Positions 56,831-64,000 of a stretch of 64,000 bases of DNA are shown one piece after another. The translations under genes were made by a program, and so were the position numbers. Positions within the stretch are counted from its first letter, which is position 1; every line of letters starts with the position of its first letter. The notes beneath the pieces were generated by a model. It was not told the origin of the DNA and ran no database searches. It saw only the letters and a program-made list of their open reading frames with translations. The DNA comes from Rebecca billardiae RCC1528 (Eukaryota; Protista; Haptophyta). The stretch is taken from NCBI GenBank assembly GCA_965240325.2, contig OZ251229.1:620001-684000 (forward strand), written 5' to 3'.

Positions 56831-59199
56831 ATGAAAGTTGACCTGAGCCAGCCTCCGGCTCCGGCAGCGGCGCTACGCGCGATGCCAACGCTCCCCACGC
56901 GCGGCGGCGGGGGCGATGCGAGCAGTCGCGCGGAGGTGGGCTCGGCGCCGACGGGCCCGCGCGCCGCATTCTCTCCCACGCCCATGCTCACCTCATGGCG
57001 CTCGCGCACCGCCGAGCCGGCGCCGACCATCGCGGAGCACCAGCCGACCGAGGAGCGCTTCCTGTACCTGCTGCGGCGCTCGCTGAGCAAGAAGGCGGAG
57101 AACAGGCTGAGTGCGCACGAGGCGCAGGTGCGCGCGGGATGCGCGGTGCCCGTGTGCCGTTGCGCTCGCTGCCTCCGCGCGCGCGCGGCCGAGCTGCCCC
57201 GCGCTCACCGCGCGGAGCGCGCGCGCGCGCGCGCGCGCAATCTGGCGCGGCGCCGTGCGTGCAGGAGGTGGAGCGCGTGCGCGCCAAGCTGACGCCCTCC
57301 GAGTTCAGCGCGTTCCTCGAGGTGGCCGCGTCGCAGCGGCGCGCGCTGAAGCAGCTCCCCAAGCTCGAGCGGCACGCCATCGAGACGCAGGCGCGGCTGC
57401 GCACCGAGATGCAGATGCTGGAGCTCGAGCTGCGCGGCTCCGACATCCGCTCGCTCGAAGCCGCCGTGGACGCGCTCGACCGCGGCGGCGGCGCGGCGGG
57501 CGGCGAGCGGGAGCACGGCGCGCCGGGCGCGCCGGACTCCGCGCGCGCCACGCGCTCGCTCATGCGCCAGCTCCTCGGCGCGCTCCAGGTCGAGCGCGCG
57601 CGCGCGTCGCGGCTCGAGCAGCTGCTTGCCGAGGCGACCGAGCGGCCGGCCGGCGTCGGGCCGGCGGTGCCTGCGCTGCAGCGCGGCGCGGCGCAGGCGT
57701 CGTCGGGCACGGCGGAGAGCGGCGGCAGCGGCGGCGGCGGCGCGGCCTCGCCGCCCAACAGCGCCACTGCCGCCGCCGCCGCGCCCGCGCACGCGCCGTG
57801 GACGCCAGGCCCCTACGCGCCTTCCCCCGCCGCGCCCTCAACCATGCCCGAGTGTGGGCTGCCCCCGCCCGTGCGCGCGCTCTCGCTGCTCGACGAGGTG
57901 GACGGGTCGTCGTCGTCGCCGCCCTCGCTCGTGCTCCCGCCGCAGGGCTTCTCCTCCCCGCTCGCGCGCCGCGTGCACGACTCGATCCAGTCCGAGATCG
58001 ACCGGCTGCAGCGGCGCACCGAGCAGGTGCTGGCGGTGTCGCTCGACGGCGGCGCCGGGCTGGACGAGCGCGGCCACGGCGACGCGATCGGCCGGCTGCT
58101 GCAGCGCTCCGTGCTGCTGGCGCACGACATCCGGATGCTGCAGGCGATGACGGGCTCGCACGCGCGGCAGCAGGCGCTCGGCGAGCTCGGCAGCCTCCTC
58201 GCCAACCTCGAGGGCTACGTCGCCAGCCTGCGCGCGGAGATGCGGCTCTCGCAGAGTGGCGCGCGCGAGGCGCAGTTTGAGGCGGCGCTCGCGCGGCAGC
58301 GGCCGGTCGTCGACGTGCCCGACGACGGCGACTGCCTCTTCTTCGCGGTGGCGGAGGGGCTGCGCGCGCGCGCGCCGGCGGGGAGCGCGCCCGAGCCGCG
58401 CGCGCTCGCGCGAGAGCTGCGCGCGCGCTGCGTCGACGCGCTGCGCACCCAGCCAGAGGCGCACGAGGCCGCGCTGCGCGAGTGCGCGCGCGAGGCGCTG
58501 GGCGGCGCGCGCGCGCTCGACGTGTCCGCCGAGCAGCTGCGCGCCGAGCTGATCGGGCTGCACGGCGAGGGCGTGCGCGCGGACGCGCTCAGCGCGCGCG
58601 AGCTCGCCGAGCCCTACTGCCGCGTGCGCGCGCGCGACGGCATCTTCGGCGAGCGGCTCGAGCTGAGCGTGCTCGCGCAGCTGCTGCGCGTGCGGCTGCG
58701 TGTCTTCTACTACGTGCCAGGGCGGCAGGGCGGCGGCCAGGGAGAGGGCGCGCCGGCGGATGCGCAGGCGGAGGGCGAGGACGCGCCCATCGCGCCAGCC
58801 GAGGTGTTCGACGGCTCGAGCGCGCCGGCGGACGACTCGGCGCCCATCGACCTGCTCTGCTCGCTCGCCAAGCGCCACTTCAGGCTGCTGCTGCCGCCCG
58901 GCGCGCCGCCGCCGCCCTCGGCCAGCGCGCCGGCGAGCACGCCGCCGTCGTCGCGAGCAGCCCAGCCGGCGGGCGGTGCGAGGCTCGCCGACGGCACGGC
59001 CGCCCGCGAAGACGGGGGTAGGACGCCCACGGGGCAGCTCATCGATCTCTCCGACCCGGCCGACAGCGCCACCTCCTCTGCGCTAGTCGACGCGCCGGGC
59101 GCGGCCGACGCGCTCCGGAGAGCCGCGGTCGAGGCTCCGGCGTCAGGCTCCGCGCTGGCGGCGCTGTCGCCGGAGGCGACGCGATTGCTCGCTGCTTGA
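56831..59199 (+). CDS. Coiled-coil protein with a C-terminal OTU-like deubiquitinase domain
   Basis: VPDDGDCLFFAV, FGERLELSVLAQLL, HFRLL. Intron 57128-57264 joins the exons in frame. Confidence 0.75.
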
Positions 59200-59515
59200 C
59201 GAGTGTCTCAACAGGGCATCGCTGCATCGCAAGGAGCACCAGCCGACGCGGCAGTCTGTCCGCAGCCGCTTCCCGGAATTCGGTCTGGGCCCGGATACTA
59301 CGACCACTTGCGAGTGCTGCAGTAGTGCTCCGGCTGCTCCGCCACTGGCCACTTGAGGCTGTAACTGTAGTTGAGTAGTTGTAAGCCGGTAAGGTGGTGT
59401 TTGACCTTGACTGACGTCATTCTCAGAGAATACTCTCCGCGCATATCCATTACCGAGCCCGGTTCAGTAGATAGAACAATGATCAAGGAGTTCGTTCAGC
59501 GGGTACCTAAGGGTA

Positions 59516-60109
59516 CAGGTGGATACGGGCTAACTGGACACAGGGGCTATCTGGACACTCAGCGGGCGGCGGGCCTCGTGGCGAGGGCTCGTGGGCGAAC
59601 GAGCACGAGCGCCCACTGGCGGGTCGCCACGACGGCGCACGATGTTCGCTGAACTCACCTGGTCGTGAGACGTCGTCTGCGCACGCGCCAGGTCGCGCTT
59701 CTCGCCGCCTTCGCCTTGTTTCGTGAGTCCCGCGCACAAGGGCGAACGCCAGCGTTTCAAGCCGCAAGGCGCGTGCGCGGACTCAGGAAGGGCGGACTCC
59801 GAGGCAAGGCGCGGTTGCGCTGGCGTGGGTAGGTCCCAGAGCAACCGTCCGAGCCGCTGCACACGCTTTTCCTCCGCGCGCGCGTCTCTGAGCTCGATTC
59901 CCATGCCTCAGCCAGTGCCAGGGGCTAATTGGACAGTGCCATTGCGGCCGCCACGCGCGGAGACGGGCCCGCAGCGCAGAAAGCGCGCTGCGGCGGAACT
60001 CCAGGGACCCCCTGAAGTCCGTCCCTGGCGCCCCTTCGACCCCAATGCTCCCAGGGAGGCCTCCGCGTGAGTTGGGTCGGCCACTGTCCAGATCACCCGT
60101 ATCCACCTG
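59516..60109. mobile_element. MITE (non-autonomous Tc1/mariner-pogo-like DNA transposon), 594 bp
   Basis: TIR CAGGTGGATACGGG at 59516 and its reverse complement ending at 60109, extended imperfectly by CTGGACA. TA at 59514-15 and 60110-11 (TSD). Internal GGGCTANNTGGACA repeats; no transposase. Confidence 0.85.
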
Positions 60110-60184
60110 TATGGGGCTACTTATGATATCATGTTAAATGTAAGCCTGGGCATCGACGGATCGACCCTTGCCGCTGACAGCGCG

Positions 60185-63100
60185 ATGCGTTCGCCGCTTG
60201 CCGGGCGGGCGCGCTTGGCCGCGGCGGCGCTCGTCGTGCTGTGCAGCACCCCGCTCGCTCTGCCCGTGCGCGCTCTTGAGGTGGGCTTCATCGTGCCGCT
60301 CTCCTCGAAGCGGGGCGGCCAAGCACTCGCGCTCGCGCTGCTGGCGGCGCGCGACTTCAATGCGCGCAACGCGACTGCCGCGCCGTGGGTCGCAGAGGTT
60401 GCGGACTGCGACGTGCAGCTGAACGTGACAGCCTTCGACTACGACGTCAGGAGCTGCAGCTCGGCGATCGACGGGTACCTCCGCGGCGTCAACGAGCTCA
60501 AGTGGACGGCGATGATCGGCGCGGCGCGCTCGTCGTGCTCGGTGCCGATCGCCTCGCTCAGCGCGCACTTTGACGTGGCGCAGGTGGGCTTCGCCTCGAC
60601 GAGCCCGTCACTCGACGACACCACGATCTTCCCCTACTTCGCACGCGTCATCCCCAGCGACACGGCCGCCACGTACGCGCTCGCCCGGTACATTCGCCTC
60701 TTCGGCTGGCGGCGCATCGGCCTGCTGCACGAGGACGGCCAGTTCGGCTCGCTGTACGCGCAGCAGCTCAACGCGTTCCTCGTCGGGACGGGGATCGACG
60801 TGGTCTCGTCCGCGTTCGAGTACGGCGACGAGAGCACCATCGAGCCCTCGCTGCGCGCGCTGCACGGCGGCGCGAGCCTGACGGCGCCGCGCGTGCTCGT
60901 GCTCGTCGTCTGGACGCAACACCTGCGCGCGACGGTGGCCGCGCTGGCCGCGCTGGGCATGGTGGGCGAGAAGTACCACTACATCTTCTCCGACGCGCTG
61001 GACACGAACGCGCTGGGCGACGCGTCGGAGCCGTACCTCCGCCACCTCGACGGCTCGGCGCAGATCCTGCCCGGCGGCACGAACACGGAGGGGCCGGCGT
61101 TCCGCGCGCTCGAGGAGAGAGTGCGCGCGAGCACGTGGGCCGAGTGGCGGCCTCACGTGCGCACCGACGCGACCGGGCGCGAGCTGAGCGCGGAGGGGCT
61201 TGGCTGGTCGCTCGCGCAGCCCCTCGAGCCGCTCGCCGTCTTCGGGTACGACGCGATGGCGCTCATCGCGCGCGCGGCGTGCGCGCTCCCCGCCGAGGCC
61301 GAGCCGAGCAGCGGCCGCGCGCTGCACGCGCAGATGCTCGGCACGGGCTTCTGGGGCATCTCCGGCAGGGTGGAGCTCGACGCCGAGACGGGCTCGCGCT
61401 CGGCGAGCACGGCGCGCTTCGTGCTGCGCAGCCTGCGCAGCGTCGCGGCCGGCGGCGCCGCCGGCGCCGCCGGCGGCACCGCCCTCCAGGTCATCAGCCC
61501 CGTCGGTGTGTTCGAGGAGGATGGCTGGGTGCTGGGGATGGCCTCGCACCAACTCCTCTTCCACGGCGGAGCGCGCACGCCGCCGCTCGACGGGACGGGC
61601 GCGAATTGCGAGGCGGGCGAGCGGCTGGGCGACGAGGGCTGCGAGCCGTGCCCCGAGGGGTACGTCTCGCCCAATGCGGGCACGGTCGAGTGCATCCCGT
61701 GCCCGGCCGGCTCCTATGCGGAGAGCGTGACGCTGGTGTGCGCGCGCGCGCGAGCGTCGCCGCCCGCGCGCGCGCGCTCGCCGAGCCCGCGGCCCGCGGC
61801 GGTGGCGGCAGGCCGTGTTGAGCAGAGAGTGCGACGGCTCACGCGCCGTCGCCGGCCCCGCGCGCCCGCGCCCCGCGGCCGCAGTGCACCGCGTGCGAGT
61901 CCGACTCGTACCAGCCGGACGAGGCGCGGTCCGAGTGCCTGCCGTGCCCCGAGCACGCCGCGTACATTGTGCACTCGGGTGAGCCGCGGCTGCCGTTCTG
62001 GGTGCAGCGCGGCGCGCGGAACAGGTCGAGCTGCGCGTGCACGCGCGACTTCTACGCGCCGGCGGGCACGCCGCAGGGCGAGCTGTGCCTGCCCTGCCCC
62101 GAGGGCGGCGTGTGCAGGGGCACCGGGTATGAGGACCGCATCGTGCCAGTGCCGCGGCCCGGCTACTACAGCCGGCGGCGCGCGCCCGAGGTGATGCTGC
62201 GCTGCCTGGACGACGAGCAGTGCCCCGGCGGCGCGGTGGCGGCGTGCGGGCCGCACCTCGTCGGCGACATGTGCACGCAGTGCGAGCCGGGCTACTTCAT
62301 GCTCCAGCGCGCGTGCTACCGCTGCGACTCCGCGCAGCGCCAGCCGCTGCTCACCGCGGCGCTCGTGCTCGCGCTCGCGCTGAGCGGCATCCACCTCACG
62401 GCCAACCTGCAGAAGGAGTCGGACCACGGCGCGCTGCTCATGTCCTCGACGATGTCGGCGGCGTCCGAGATCGGCGTGGTCATCTTCTTCCTGCAGATCC
62501 TCAACCTGATGTCCGCAGTCGCCGTGCAGTGGCCGCACGGGCTGCGCGTCGCCATGGGCTGGTTCAGCTGGGTACGCCCGCGCTGCGCTCCAACCCGGCG
62601 ATCGGCTGCTCCCCCGAGCTCTTCCTCACGCGCATCCGGCCGACCGCGCTCGCGTGCCTCCCTCCCGCTCCCCCTCCCCCCCCCCCCAGGTGAACGTCGA
62701 CCTGTCCCTCTTCGCGCTCGAGTGCGAGCACGCGCTGCCGTTTGTGTTCGCGTGGGAGCTCAAGGCGACGCTGCCCTTCATCTTCATGCTGGGGTACGTG
62801 CTCAGCACGCTCTTCGTCTCGTGGCCGTGGGCGCTGTGGGCGAGCCGCAGGCGCGAGCGCCGCGGCAAGCTGCGCGCGTGCTCGCACGCGCTGTACCGCA
62901 GCGTGAACGCGACCGTGCTCGCGCACTCGCTGCTGTACATTGCGACCGCGCGGCATACGCTCGAGGCGTTTGCGTGCGCGGCGCAGCCCGACGGCACGCT
63001 CACGCTGCCCTCCAACCCGGCGATCGACTGCTCCTCCGAGCTCTACCTCACGCGCATCCGGCCGACCGCGCTCGCGTGCCTCCTGTGCTACGTGCTCGCG

Positions 63101-64000
63101 TTCCCGCTCGGGCTCGGCGTGTGCTTCGTCCTCGGCGCGCAGCGCGGGCGCGCGCCGGGGCTCTCGCACGCCCTCGACATGTGCACGCTGGTCGTGCGCA
63201 TCCCGTACAAGCGGCGCTTCTTCTTCTACGAGGTGCTCGACCTGCTGCGCAAGCTGCTCGTCGCCGTCGCGCTCAACTTCGCGCGCGGGCTGGGCGGGCG
63301 GCTGCACGTCGCGCTCATCACGATCCTGATGGTCGGCGCGCTGCGCGTGCAGACCGTCTTCCGCCCGTACAAGCACCGCTCGGTGAACGCGCTGTCCGAG
63401 TACCTGCTCACGGTGATCATCCTCGTGCTCATCGTGGGCGGGATGGTGTACGACGAGGCGCTCGCGCCGGGCGTGCGCGAGGGCTTCGACATCGTCCTGT
63501 ACGTGACCATCGCGTCGGTCGTCGTGCTCGCCGCCGCGCACGTCGCCTACGGCATCGCGGCGTACCTGATGACGCGCCGCCGCTTCACGAGCTCGGGTAG
63601 CGTGCGCACCTCGGTGCCGGACGAGCGGCACTGCATGCAGCTGAACAAGCTGCATATCACGCCCGACATCATCGAGGGCGTCACGTCCGTCCTGAACACC
63701 GTGCCCGCCGAGGAGCTCATCGAGCTGATCGCGCGCTCGATCGACGACGAGGACGTGCATGTGCGCATGAACGACGCGATCGTGACACTCTTCAGCGTCG
63801 GGATTGGCTCGGAGCACTTCACGCGCTCGTCGGAGGGGCAGCACCTACTCGAGCTCGCAAGCGCGCTTCGGCTCACGCCGGAGCGGCTCTCGGTCTCGGT
63901 CCACGGCATGCGCGCAAGCAAGAGGCTCGAATCCGCACGGCAGGTCACGAGACCGCTGAGCCACGCGCGCGCGTCGCGACGGATCAGCAGCGCGGCGGTG
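60185..64000 (+). CDS. Receptor-like protein: Venus-flytrap (ANF_receptor) + Cys-rich repeats + multi-TM domain; continues beyond the window
   Basis: Signal peptide; IGAARSSCSVPIA..QVGFASTSPSLDD..FPYFARVIPSD..FGWRRIG..YDAM..FWGISGRV; CEPCPEGY and CIPCPAGSY repeats; TM region FFLQIL..WP..FSW|VNVDL..YEVLDLLRKL..RPY..N. Introns 61736-61884 and 62572-62689; frame open to 64000. Confidence 0.85.

Noticed and set aside
12217-61884. Introns as a mobile Introner family
   Set aside because: They share only a GTGCGCGC-type donor, CTCAC/CTGAC and low-complexity GC; no extended identity, TIRs or TSDs seen.
1-64000. CRISPR arrays, rRNA, tRNA, prokaryotic operons, viral or transposase genes
   Set aside because: None recognised by eye; the window is intron-containing eukaryotic DNA. 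Small ncRNAs cannot be excluded without Infernal/tRNAscan.

Overview
Very GC-rich eukaryotic nuclear DNA with short GT-AG introns. Fucoxanthin-chlorophyll (LHC/FCP) genes and bipartite plastid-targeting presequences indicate a secondary red-plastid alga. The extreme GC and intron style fit a haptophyte, possibly Pavlovales; this is inference, not a database result. About 26 protein-coding genes can be supported: UBL-RTF2, Sec24, GRP94, a JmjC protein, an FCP1/NIF-type HAD protein, IspF, NUFIP1, two VTC polyphosphate-complex subunits, a membrane/MORN/alpha-beta-hydrolase, RPC11, a ZnF-Myb factor, a formate/nitrite transporter, three near-identical FCP genes, a GT71 glycosyltransferase, an IQ-repeat protein, an esterase, an OTU protein and a Venus-flytrap receptor that runs off the window. 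Most genes form tight head-to-head pairs separated by AT-rich (TA)n islands. Main highlights: (1) a Patched/NPC1-like membrane protein fused to a catalytically degenerate cellulose-synthase-like GT2 module; (2) a divergent VTC4 + SPX-TM (Vtc5-like architecture) polyphosphate gene pair, whose partner SPX has lost its lysine cluster, next to a membrane hydrolase; (3) an intron that is largely a 95%-identical copy of a downstream exon segment of the same gene; (4) a TA-flanked MITE just upstream of the receptor gene; (5) an FCP triplet with sharply bounded homogenised blocks. All family calls come from motif recognition by eye; no searches were run.
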